A stretch of DNA of 64,000 bases from an uncultured Gemmatimonadales bacterium (GTDB lineage Bacteria; Gemmatimonadota; Gemmatimonadetes; Gemmatimonadales; GWC2-71-9). Shown one piece after another: positions 36,879-47,100 of this stretch (position 1 is the first letter of the stretch; each line of letters begins with the position of its first letter). Below the pieces are notes generated by a model, which saw only the letters and a program-made list of their open reading frames with translations, was not told where the DNA came from and made no database searches. The stretch spans positions 160,001 through 224,000 of the forward strand of contig CAVYSW010000006.1 of the NCBI GenBank assembly GCA_963771275.1, given 5' to 3'. Made by a program: the position numbers and the translations under genes.

Positions 36879-39407
36879 CTACGGGACAACGCGTCCCCGC
36901 ACCTCCAGCAGATTGAAGAACAGGCGGAATGCGCCGGGCACGCCCGCGGGCAGGGCCCGGAAGAAGCTCAGGCCCGTGTAGCTGTACGTTCCGCTCCCGT
37001 ACGGAGCGATGAGCAGCGCGCCACGCAAGGGCGGCATCCCGGGATCGTGCATCTCGAGCAGGGGCGTGTAGGCCGGATCCCACGTGCGGGGAAAGTAGAG
37101 GCCGCGCTCCTGCGGCCAGTCGTTCCAGTCGGTACCCGTGATGGCGTTCGGCTCACGGAACACGGGGCTCCCGGGCTCCAGCACCGTCACTGGTGCCGTT
37201 TCGTCGGTCACCCGGTCGTGCGGATTGGCGATCTGCAGCGGGAACGGCGCGTAGCCACCGCGCACGTACGGGTACTGCTGGTACTGCACGAGGACATGCC
37301 CCCCCGCGCGCACGTAGTCGAGCAGCCGGTCGTTGTTCGCCACGAGGGCCGTGTCCGTCTCGTACGCCCGGCTCCCGATCACGATGGCATCGTACGCGGC
37401 GAGATCGCCCCGCGCGAGCGTGTCGGGACCAAGCAGCACCACCGCGAGGCCGGCGCGCGCGAGCGCTTCCGGCACCTTGTCCGACGCGCCGCGCACGTAG
37501 CCGATCCGCCGGGCCGCCGGCAGGGCGATCCGCGCCACGCGAATGCGACTCGCGGCCGGGCGGAGCCAGGCCGTCGGCCAGATGTGGGGGTAGGCCACCG
37601 TCTCCGACCCCGCGTCGAACACCTCCCCCGACGCCGCGCGCGCCACCGCCCGCATGATCACGTCCGCCGAGTCGAGCCCCGCGGGGCGCCGCACGACGAA
37701 GGTGAAGCGGTGCGTCTCCCCGCGACGAACCAGGCGGAACGGCTGCGCCGGCGGGGCGCTCCAGCCGTCCAGCGCGAGCGACACGTCCCCCGCCGTCGTG
37801 TCGGCGCCGTTGTGCCGCAGGGTGATGGTGAACGTCCGCTCGGCCCCGCCACCCGCCGGCCAGACCAGCGTGTCCGGCTCGAGCTGCACCTCGATCTTCG
37901 GCACTAGCCGCTCGGGCTCGCGGAGCTCGCCGAACGCCTGGTCCTGAATCCGCTGGGTGACCTCCCGGCGGAGCTCGACCGGCGCCCCGGCAATCGTGAG
38001 CTGGACCCGGGCGGTGAGCGGCGGCGGCGACATCGGCAGTCCGCGCACCGCCGCCGCCGCGCTGGACCAGTCGTACAGCCATCCGTGCAACGGCCGCTCG
38101 AGGAAGTAGGGGCGGGTGGGTCGCGCGGCCGACGGGGGCACCGCCACTGCACGGCGCGTGACCGCGCTCCCGGGCGGGACCGCCCCCGGCGCGCCGTCCA
38201 GCGACAGCGCTGCGGGCCAGCCCTCGACCGCGGGCTCCACCGCGCCGCCGGTCCACCGCACCGAGTCCGTCCCCGCGTCATACACCTCCACCTCCACCCC
38301 GACGGCCTCCCCCGCCACCAGACCTGACGACGCGGCGCGCGCGTCCACCACGACACCTGCCGCCACCGCCAGGGCTTCGGCGAGCAGCTGGCGCCGCTCC
38401 GGTGAAACCAGCCGGTCGGCTGCCGCGCGGCGCACCGCCGCGGCGAGCGGCGCGACGGCCTGGTCCAGCCCCTCCGGCGTCACCACCCCCCGGAGGGAAT
38501 CCGCCAGCGCCCGGAGCCACGACGAATCCGGCGGCACGCCGCTGAAGATGTCCGTGTCGGGGACCCCGGCCGCCGCGGGCCGCTCCAGCGCGAGCCGCGC
38601 GTCGCTCGGCCCGAGACGCTGCAGCATCCCGAAGTCCTGCGAGCGATGCTGGCTGCGCGCCGCCATCGCGATCTGGGAAAACGAGCGGCCGGTGCGTGGG
38701 TCGAGGCGCCCTTCCGGCAGCGACAGCGTCGCGGCCTCCGGACTGAACCGCGCGGACGTGTAGCGCTTGAGCGGCTGCCACGGCGCCAGTCCCTCCTCGC
38801 TGGCGAGCTCCGGGAAGGCCCGCGGGTCGCCTGCCGCGTCGAACGCGCGACGCGCCATCACGCCCGCCATCTGGTGCTGGCCGTGTCCGTCCCGCGGCGT
38901 CCCCGAGAACACCGACACGATCACGTGAGGCCGGAACCGGCGGATGACGCGCACCACGTCCTTCAGGATCGAATCGGGCGGCCAGAACCGCTCGGTTTCG
39001 GGGAGGGAGCGGGTGAACCCGAAGTCGTACGCCCGGGTGAAGAACTGCGATGCTCCATCCATCCGCCGGGCGGCGAGCAGCTCCTCGGTGCGCAGCAGGC
39101 CGAGCGACACGCCCAGCTCGGAACCGATGAGATTCTGGCCGCCCTCGCCCCGCGACAGGGACAGGTAGGCGCTCGCGGCGCCGTAGCCCCGGGAGAGCAG
39201 CGCGAGCAGCCCCGTGTCCTCGTCGTCGGGGTGGGCGCCGATCACGAGCACCCGGCGCGACTCGGCGAGCCGCTGGAGCAGCAGATCGAGGCGCTCCGCG
39301 CCGCCCGATGCCGGCGGACCGACCTGCGCCTGCGCCGCGGCCTGGACCACCAGACCGCCGAGCAGCAGGAGCGGACGCAACGTTCTAGGCAGCAGCCTGG
39401 CGGGCAA
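36879..39407 (-). CDS. Secreted PIG-L/LmbE family deacetylase with Ig-like domains and a C-terminal class I glutamine amidotransferase-like domain
   Basis: GAHPDDED, SRGEGGQN, RTEEL, DFGF, HGQHQ, RSQHRSQ and C-terminal WPQERGLYF motifs. Signal peptide ends AAAQAQ. The TTG start is approximate. Confidence 0.88.
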   Translation of the reverse strand: MPARLLPRTLRPLLLLGGLVVQAAAQAQVGPPASGGAERLDLLLQRLAESRRVLVIGAHPDDEDTGLLALLSRGYGAASAYLSLSRGEGGQNLIGSELGVSLGLLRTEELLAARRMDGASQFFTRAYDFGFTRSLPETERFWPPDSILKDVVRVIRRFRPHVIVSVFSGTPRDGHGQHQMAGVMARRAFDAAGDPRAFPELASEEGLAPWQPLKRYTSARFSPEAATLSLPEGRLDPRTGRSFSQIAMAARSQHRSQDFGMLQRLGPSDARLALERPAAAGVPDTDIFSGVPPDSSWLRALADSLRGVVTPEGLDQAVAPLAAAVRRAAADRLVSPERRQLLAEALAVAAGVVVDARAASSGLVAGEAVGVEVEVYDAGTDSVRWTGGAVEPAVEGWPAALSLDGAPGAVPPGSAVTRRAVAVPPSAARPTRPYFLERPLHGWLYDWSSAAAAVRGLPMSPPPLTARVQLTIAGAPVELRREVTQRIQDQAFGELREPERLVPKIEVQLEPDTLVWPAGGGAERTFTITLRHNGADTTAGDVSLALDGWSAPPAQPFRLVRRGETHRFTFVVRRPAGLDSADVIMRAVARAASGEVFDAGSETVAYPHIWPTAWLRPAASRIRVARIALPAARRIGYVRGASDKVPEALARAGLAVVLLGPDTLARGDLAAYDAIVIGSRAYETDTALVANNDRLLDYVRAGGHVLVQYQQYPYVRGGYAPFPLQIANPHDRVTDETAPVTVLEPGSPVFREPNAITGTDWNDWPQERGLYFPRTWDPAYTPLLEMHDPGMPPLRGALLIAPYGSGTYSYTGLSFFRALPAGVPGAFRLFFNLLEVRGRVVP

Positions 39408-40041
39408 CGACGATGCTGCGGAGCCGCTCCGCACTGGGGTCCTGCGGATCGCCGAACGGTCGGGGATGGCCTTCCGGATCCAGCACGACGCTGGGACAGA
39501 CGAACTCGAACTTGTGGGCAAACACCCGCTCCTTCACCGCCTGCGTGGCGACGGCCGCCGCCGCCAGGACCTGTTTCCCGCCGAGCTGTCGCACGGTGTG
39601 CGCGGCCGCCAGCAGCTTCCACGGCGAGGTCACGTGCCCGTCGATCACCACGACCGTCTGGTCTCCCAGCGCGCGCATCTGACGCTGGCCGCGGAACAGC
39701 AGGCGCTCCGCCTTGACCGCGCGACGCGCCCGATCGATCGCTTCGTTGAGCGCGTCGAGCAGCTCGAACCGCGGCTCGAAGAACTGATCGATCACGGCAT
39801 CGGCATCTTCCGCCACCGCCCCGATGATCCCATGGCCCTCGACGCGGACATGCGCCCCGACGATCACGTCGAACACCGACGCCGTGCCTTTGGCGGCGCT
39901 CGCGGCGATTTCGACGCCCGCCGGCGTCACCCCCAACAGCATCACCGGTGGCGTGCAGCGCTGATACACGAGGCGACCCAGCACGGCGCCCGCGGCGGAC
40001 CGCGATGGATACAACGGGACGGGTTGTGGGGTGCTGGTCAC
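39385..40041 (-). CDS. Phosphoribosyltransferase-like protein with degenerate PRPP-binding loop
   Basis: YPSRSAAGAVLG, LLGVTPAGVEIA, IGAVAE and VVVIDGHVTS follow the FxDRxxAG / LPRGG / VDDGLATG pattern of a type I PRTase family. Confidence 0.6.
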   Translation of the reverse strand: MTSTPQPVPLYPSRSAAGAVLGRLVYQRCTPPVMLLGVTPAGVEIAASAAKGTASVFDVIVGAHVRVEGHGIIGAVAEDADAVIDQFFEPRFELLDALNEAIDRARRAVKAERLLFRGQRQMRALGDQTVVVIDGHVTSPWKLLAAAHTVRQLGGKQVLAAAAVATQAVKERVFAHKFEFVCPSVVLDPEGHPRPFGDPQDPSAERLRSIVVARQAAA

Positions 40042-40178
40042 GCGCCCAATCTTGCCACGACCACCCCCGCCGCGCAACGGGCGCGGCGTTCGGGCCATGG
40101 GTGAATGTTATATTGCGACGGAGCGTCGATGATGCACGCTGCAATCCTCCCGTGTGCCAAGACTAAAGGATCGCTACC

Positions 40179-42053
40179 ATGACGGCGATGGCTCCCCAGA
40201 CGCCGGGCGGGACACCGGCGGACCCCCATGGCGTGAGCGCACAGGAATCCCGTGCGGTCGCCGAGGCGGCGCGGGAACGCGAATGGGCTCGGCCGAGCTT
40301 CGTGCGCGAGCTGTTCAACGGCCGCCTCCTGCTCGACCTGATCCACCCCTACCCACAACCCGATCCCTCCGAGATGGAGCGCGCCGGCCCCTGGCTGGCC
40401 GAGCTCGAGCGGTTCATGAAGGAGAAGGTCGACTCGATCGCCATCGACCGGAACCGGCAGATTCCGCGCGACGTCGTCGACGGGCTCAAGGCACTCGGCG
40501 CATTCGGCATCAAGATCCCGCGCGAGTACGGCGGCCTCGGCTTCTCACAGCTCGTCTACAACCGGGCCATGTCGATCGTCGGCAGCGTGGACGGGTCGGT
40601 CGCGACGCTGCTGTCGGCCCACCAGTCCATCGGCGTGCCCCAGCCGCTCAAGCTGTTCGGCACCCCGGAGCAGAAGCAGCGGTATTTCCCGCGGCTCGCC
40701 CGGGGCGAGATCAGCGCCTTCGCCCTCACCGAGCCCGAGGTCGGCAGCGACCCGGCGCGCATGCGCGCCACCGCGGACCTCGCGCCGGACGGCACCCACT
40801 ACGTGCTGAACGGCGAGAAGCTGTGGTGCACCAACGGCACGATCGCCGCCATCATGGTGGTGATGGCCCGGACCCCCGACAACAAGATCACCGCGTTCAT
40901 CGTCGAGAGCGCCTGGCCGGGCGTCGAGGTCCTGCACCGCTGCCACTTCATGGGACTCAACGGGATCGAGAACGCGCTGCTGCGCTTCACCAACGTGCGG
41001 GTCCCGACGGAGAACGTGCTGCTCGGCGTGGGGAAGGGCCTCAAGCTGGCGCTCGTGACGCTGAACACGGGCCGCCTCACCATCCCGTCTATCGCCGCGG
41101 CGGCGGGGAAGCGCTCGATGGACATCGTGCGCCGCTGGGGCGCGGAGCGCGTCCAGTGGGGTGCGCCGGTCGGCAAGCACGACGCGGTGGCGCAGAAGAT
41201 CGGCCGCATCGCGGCCACCACGTTCGCCATGGATGCCCTGGCCGAGCTCGCCACCCTGATGAACGACCGCGGTTACGACATCCGCCTCGAAGCCGCGATC
41301 GGGAAGATGTGGAATACCGAGCAGGGCTGGCACATCGTGGACGAGACCCTGCAGGTCCGCGGCGGCCGCGGCTACGAGACGGAGTGGTCCCTGGCCCAGC
41401 GGGGCGAGGAGCCGGTGCCCGTCGAGCGGATGATGCGCGACTTCCGCATCAACACGCTGTTCGAGGGATCGAGCGAGATCATGCGGCTGTTCATCGCCCG
41501 GGAGGCGCTCGACTCGCACCTCAAGATCGGCGGGGCGATCGCCGACCCGAGCGCATCGCTCGGGGCCAAGCTGGCGGCGGGCGTGCGGGCCACCCTGTAC
41601 TACGGCTGGTGGTACCCCGCCCGGTGGCTCGGCTGGGGACGGTGGCCGCGGTACGCCGAATTCGGCAAGCTGGCGCGCCATATCCGGTTCCTGAATCGCG
41701 CCTCCCGCCGGCTCGCGCGCGCCCTGCTCCACGCGATCGTGCGGTTCGGGCCGCGACTCGAGAAGAAACAGGCCGTGCTGGGCCGCCTCGTGGACATCGG
41801 CGCGGAGCTGTTCGCCATGGCGGCCGCCTGCGTCAAGGCGCAGTCGTTCCGCACCAGCAAGTCGGCCGAAGAGCGCGCGCACGCGGAAACCGCGTGCGAC
41901 CTCGCGGACGTCTTCTGCCGGCTGGCGCGGCGGCGCGTCGCCGGACATTTTGCCGCATTGTTCGACAACGACGACGCGGTGGTCTACCGCACGGCCCTGC
42001 GGGCGCTGGCCGGTGAGTTCCGCTGGCTCGAGACAAAGGGCGTCGCGCACTAG
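40179..42053 (+). CDS. Acyl-CoA dehydrogenase (VLCAD/FadE10-like, long form)
   Basis: SAHQSIG, AFALTEPEVGSD, NGEKLWCTNG, LNTGRL, GGRGYE and RINTLFEGSSEI motifs. Confidence 0.95.
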   Translation: MTAMAPQTPGGTPADPHGVSAQESRAVAEAAREREWARPSFVRELFNGRLLLDLIHPYPQPDPSEMERAGPWLAELERFMKEKVDSIAIDRNRQIPRDVVDGLKALGAFGIKIPREYGGLGFSQLVYNRAMSIVGSVDGSVATLLSAHQSIGVPQPLKLFGTPEQKQRYFPRLARGEISAFALTEPEVGSDPARMRATADLAPDGTHYVLNGEKLWCTNGTIAAIMVVMARTPDNKITAFIVESAWPGVEVLHRCHFMGLNGIENALLRFTNVRVPTENVLLGVGKGLKLALVTLNTGRLTIPSIAAAAGKRSMDIVRRWGAERVQWGAPVGKHDAVAQKIGRIAATTFAMDALAELATLMNDRGYDIRLEAAIGKMWNTEQGWHIVDETLQVRGGRGYETEWSLAQRGEEPVPVERMMRDFRINTLFEGSSEIMRLFIAREALDSHLKIGGAIADPSASLGAKLAAGVRATLYYGWWYPARWLGWGRWPRYAEFGKLARHIRFLNRASRRLARALLHAIVRFGPRLEKKQAVLGRLVDIGAELFAMAAACVKAQSFRTSKSAEERAHAETACDLADVFCRLARRRVAGHFAALFDNDDAVVYRTALRALAGEFRWLETKGVAH

Positions 42054-42275
42054 CCGCCGGCCGCCCGGGACCGACCGCCGGATGGTGCCCCGGTCCGCCG
42101 GCCGGCCCACCACACCGTCGCGCGGGCGCGGCAGTCCCCCGGCCGCAGCGCCGGGCGGCGTGATCGGGACCCGGCAGGCCCGGTCCTTGCTCTTCGAGGC
42201 GCTTGGCGAGACTTTGAGCGTGATGCGTCCAGCTTCCCGCTCCGCCGTCCTCTGGCACACAGGGGCAGTGACACC

Positions 42276-44069
42276 ATGCGACGTCTGATCCTTGCTCTCG
42301 CCGGGGCCGCGCTCGCGGCCGCCGCAATTGGCAGCGCCTGCACCGACCGCACGGGCCCTCCGCAACCCGCCGCGGGCATGCTCGTGGTGCAGCCATCGTT
42401 CGCGAGCGCCGCGCTGGCCGGCATCGTCCCGCTGGCGCGGGCACGGATGGTCCTCACCCGTGTCCCGGGTGGGGAGGTCGCGAAGGACACGGTGGTGACG
42501 CTCGCCGCGGGCCAGGACTCCGTGGACCTCCGGCTCAGCGTCTCGGTCCTGGGCTCGGCGAACACGTTCCTTCTCAGGATCGCGCTGATCACGCCGCAGG
42601 GCGACACCGCCTTCCGCGCAGGTCCGGTCGCAGTGCAAGCGGGTACCGGCGGAACGCCTCCCGTCGTGCCCGTGACGTTCGTGTACACGGGCGTCGGGGC
42701 GAACGCGGAGCTGGTGACGATCACCTCGCCGGTGCTCACGCTCGCGATCGGCCAGTCGCTCACGCTGCAGGCGGACGCGCTCGACAGCGCGGGAGGCATC
42801 ATCCCGGGCACGCCGATCGGGTGGCGCTCTCTCGACCCGACCGTGGCCACCGTGCCCGCTCCGGAGGCCGGCACCGTCGTCGGCGGCGCGGCGGGCACCG
42901 CCCGCATCGTGGCGGAGCTGCTCACCGGGCCGGCCGACACGGTGTCGGTCAGGGTCGCGGCCTCCGCGATCGTCTTCGCCGGCGATTCCGCCGGCGGCCT
43001 GTCCACCGGCGTCTTCCGCGTCAACCGCGACGGGTCCGGCCGCGCCCGGATCTACGCCACGAGCCTCGGCGGGTACCAGTGGGTCAATCCCCGCTGGGCC
43101 CCCGATCGCTCGCGCGTCGCGTTCGGACTCGAATCGGCGGCGAGCGGGATCATCGGGCTGGAAGTGGTGAGCCCCGATGGACTCCAGACGGCGAGCGTCG
43201 TGTCTGACGTCAGCGTGCGCTACCCCCGCTGGAGTCCCGACGGTGTGCATCTGGCCTTCGCGTGCGGCAGCACGTCGGCGTCGTACTCGCAATGGGACGT
43301 CTGCGTGATCAACGACGCGACCGGCGCGATCAGCGCGCTCGCGGGGCGCGGCAACGGCACCGGCAGGGTCGTGCTCACCGACATCAGCCGGCAGACCCGC
43401 CCCTACGGGATGCCGGCGTTCGGGTGGGATCCGACCAATCCCGACCGGATCGCGGTGGTGCGCGATTCCGTGGGCGCCCTGAACTCGAGCCGCATCTTCG
43501 TCACGACGTTCACCGGGACGGGGTGGACCGCCCCGGCACCGCTGTCGCCCGCCGTGATGGACGCGGGCACCGGGCCGCTCACCGTGGCGGGCGATTGGCT
43601 CGATTGGTCACCCGACGGGCAACATCTCGTCTTCGCCGCCTACGACCCGCAGTACAGCTGGCGGATCTATCGCATCAACCGCGACGGCACCGGCCTGGTG
43701 GCCCTCACCGACGGCTCGGGCTACGACGACGCGCCGCTGTACTCCCCCGACGGGAGCGAGATCCTGTTCTGGCGGGATGTCAGCTGCTCGTTCGACGCGT
43801 GGCTGATGAACGCCGACGGCTCGAATCCGCACCAGGTCACCGCGGAGGACGTATGCGACTTCCAGACGTCCATCCTCGGCTTCGACTGGTCGCCGGACGG
43901 GCAGGAGATCGTGATCACGGGGTTCGACGCCCCCTACAGCAACGTCCTGATCTACCGGCTGCCGCGGACCACGACGGCGGCCACGTACTTCACCGATCGC
44001 GTCCTGATCGGGCGTGGCGCCGCAGGCCCCAATCTGGTCCAGGACATTCAGCCCAGCTGGCGACCGTAG
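42276..44069 (+). CDS. Lipoprotein with N-terminal shared module, Ig-like domain and TolB/PD40-type beta-propeller
   Basis: Lipobox IGSAC, WRSLDPTVATV Ig-like motif, and repeated PRWAPD / WSPDG / YSPDG units ending in QPSWRP. Confidence 0.85.
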   Translation: MRRLILALAGAALAAAAIGSACTDRTGPPQPAAGMLVVQPSFASAALAGIVPLARARMVLTRVPGGEVAKDTVVTLAAGQDSVDLRLSVSVLGSANTFLLRIALITPQGDTAFRAGPVAVQAGTGGTPPVVPVTFVYTGVGANAELVTITSPVLTLAIGQSLTLQADALDSAGGIIPGTPIGWRSLDPTVATVPAPEAGTVVGGAAGTARIVAELLTGPADTVSVRVAASAIVFAGDSAGGLSTGVFRVNRDGSGRARIYATSLGGYQWVNPRWAPDRSRVAFGLESAASGIIGLEVVSPDGLQTASVVSDVSVRYPRWSPDGVHLAFACGSTSASYSQWDVCVINDATGAISALAGRGNGTGRVVLTDISRQTRPYGMPAFGWDPTNPDRIAVVRDSVGALNSSRIFVTTFTGTGWTAPAPLSPAVMDAGTGPLTVAGDWLDWSPDGQHLVFAAYDPQYSWRIYRINRDGTGLVALTDGSGYDDAPLYSPDGSEILFWRDVSCSFDAWLMNADGSNPHQVTAEDVCDFQTSILGFDWSPDGQEIVITGFDAPYSNVLIYRLPRTTTAATYFTDRVLIGRGAAGPNLVQDIQPSWRP

Positions 44070-44101
44070 CGCGGAAGCAACACCGCCTCCCATCACCCTC
44101 T

Positions 44102-44133
44102 TGCCGCCCCCGTCAGGGGGCGGCACTTTCTTT
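44102..44133 (+). terminator. Rho-independent terminator-like hairpin
   Basis: tgccgccccc-gtca-gggggcggca followed by ctttcttt. Confidence 0.7.
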
Positions 44134-44167
44134 GCTCCCGTGGCGCCCGGCCTCAAGGCGAAACCAC

Positions 44168-47100
44168 ATGTCCCGCAGTCCGGCAACGCCCCTGCTACCG
44201 CTGATCCCCACCGTCCTGGCGGGGATCCTGTTGCTGAGCTGCACCGAGCAGGGGCCGCGCCCGCCGGTCCCCGTGCGGTTCGACCTGGCACCGGGCTTCG
44301 CCAGCGACGTGGCCGGGATCGTCCCGCTCTCCAAGGGGCGGTTCATCCTCACCCGCGTGCCCGGCGGCGAGCTGGCCAGGGACACGGTCATCGACTTCCC
44401 GGCCGGGCAGGATTCGATCGATCTCTCGCTCACCGTGATGCTGCTCGATCCGGGGGAAACATTCATGCTCAGCATCGCCCTGGTGACGCCGACCGGCGAC
44501 ACGGCGTTCCGGGCGGGCCCGATCGAGGTGCACCCGTCGACCGGCGGCGACGCGACGCCCGTCACGGTGACGTTCGTTTACAGCGGCGTTGGGGCCGACG
44601 CCGCGTTCGTCACGATCGGCGCGCCAGGCGGGCCCCTGTTCGCCGGAGACTCCGCCCGGCTGGTCGCCACGGCCTACGACAGCGCCGAGGGACCGATCCC
44701 CGGCACGCCGGTCGCCTGGCGCTCGCTCGATCCCACGATCGCCGCCATGCCCTTCCCGGACTCCGGCCTCGTCGTGGGGATCACGCGCGGCACGGCGCGG
44801 ATCGTGGCCGAGCTGCTCACGGGCCCGGCAGACACCGTGCCGCTGAGCGTTCTCCTGCCACCGGCGACCATCGTCGCGGACTCGGGCTCGGGGCAGACCG
44901 GACCGGCCGGCGGGCTGCTGCCCAACCGGATCGTGGCGCGCGTGCGCGCGAGCGACGGCGTTGGCGTCGCGAATCTGTGGGTGAGGTTCGTGGTTTCGCT
45001 GGGTGGCGGAGCCGTGTCCGCCGACTCGGCGCTCACCGACGTGAACGGGCGCGCCGGCGTGACATGGACCCTCGGGAACGTCGTCGGCAACCAGACCGTG
45101 ACGGCCAGCACGCCGGCCCTGCCGACGGATTCGGCCGTGTTCAGCGCGACCTCGACCGCGACGGGACCCGGTGCGATCGTCATCTCGGCGGGGAACAACC
45201 AGAGCGCGTTGGTCGGCACGGCGGTCACCACGGCGCCGCGGGTGCGCGTCACCGATGCCCTGGGCAACCCGGTCCCCGGCATCGTCGTGACCTTTGCGGT
45301 CACCCAGGGGGCCGGCACCGTCACGGGCGCCACGCCGACCACCGATGCGAGCGGATTCGCCGCGGCCGCGAGCTGGACCCTCGGCCCCGCAGTCGGGCTC
45401 AACGCCCTCACGGCCGCGGTGAGCGGCCTCACGCCGGTCCAGTTCCTCGCTCTGGGGACCGGGCCGGGCGGCGTGACGCAGATGACGCTGAGCGCCGGGG
45501 ACGGCCAGACGGCGCTCGCGCACACCGCGGTGCCGATCACGCCGGCGGTGCTGCTGCGGGACACGAGCGGCGCCGTGATCAGCGGCGTCACGGTGGCGTT
45601 CGCGGTCACCGCCGGCGGGGGCGCGGTCACGGGGGCCGCGGCCGTCAGCAATACCTCCGGGGTCGCGACCGTGGGGAGCTGGACCCTTGGCGCCCCGGGC
45701 GTCAACACGCTGACCGCGTCCCTCTCGGGGCTTCCGGACGTCGTGTTCCAGGCGACCGGCACCGTCGGCGCGCCGGACACCGTCGTGGTCGTGTCGGGGA
45801 ACAACCAGTCGGCGGACGCCGGCACGGCGCTCCCGCAGCCGCTCGTCGTCGAGGTGCGGGACTCCGCCGGCAATCCGGTGCCATCCGTTGCCGTGACGTG
45901 GGCCAGCATCAACGGCACGGTTTCGCCCACGACGGGCTCCACCGACGCGTCGGGGCGGGCGCAGACCGGCTGGGTGCTGGGTACGAACGCCATCACGCAG
46001 ACCGCGACCGCCACGGCGACGGGCATCACCCCGGCGGTGTTCACGGCGACCGCGGTGTTCCCGAGTCCCACCGTGCTGCTGGCGCTTGCCGGCACCGACC
46101 GCATTCGGCTGAGCGACAGTGCTCAACTCAACGTGACCCTCACGGCGCCAGCCGGCGCCAGCGGCGTGGTCGTCAACTTCTCCGTGGACAACCCGGCGGT
46201 GGTGGGGCTCGACACCACCGACCTGTTCATCGCGCAGAACGGCACCACGACCCAGACCAGGCTCTACGGGCTCGCGTCGGGAACGACGACCGTCCGGGCC
46301 ACGGCGACCGGCTACGCGGCGGGCGCGGCTCCCCGTCCTCGTGACCGTCCAGGTTCTCAGCATGCCGACGGTGCTCAACGTGCCGTATGGCGGCACGGCC
46401 TCGCTCCCGCTCCAGATCTCGACGCCCGCACCCTCGGGAGGGGTGGTCGTGACACTCGTGAGCGACAACCCGGCCGCGGTGGGGGTCCAGACGCCGACGG
46501 TCACGATCCCCCAGGGCCAACAGACGGCCAACGCCATGCTCACGGGCGTGGCACCCGGCACCGCGACCCTCACAGGCTCCACGGCGGACTTCGGCATTGA
46601 CCAGACGACCGCAGCGACGCGCGCCAATCTGAACATCGTCGAGGGGAGCATCACGATCTTCGCCACGCTGCTCGACACGCTGACCGTGCGGCTGGAAAGC
46701 AGCGGCCTGCCGGTGGCGGCACCGGGGGCGGGCGTGCAAGTGACGCTGACGCCCCGCAATGCGGAGTGCGTCGCCGCAACGTCGCCCATCTCCATCCCGA
46801 CCGGGCTCGTCAGCCAGGCGTTCGTCGTCTCGTACGGCGGAACCGCCACCACGCCGTGCAACACATACGTGGTGGCCCAGGCGACGGGCATCGACCCCGA
46901 CTCGGTGTACGTCGTCGTCAACCCGCCGCCCGGGATCACGCTCTACGCGAACACGCTGGGCGCGGGGCTGCAGTTCCCGTCAAACACGTACGGCTATCTC
47001 GCCGCGGCGAATCACGGCGGCGTGCGGGTCTGGATCAAGAGCGCCGACCCGAGCATGCTGCTCGTGGCGCCGGACCAGAGCACCGTGGGCGGCGACTCGA

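Noticed and set aside
42054..42275. GC-rich intergenic region as an ncRNA
   Set aside because: Pairing potential is explained by extreme GC content; no recognisable RNA family motif.
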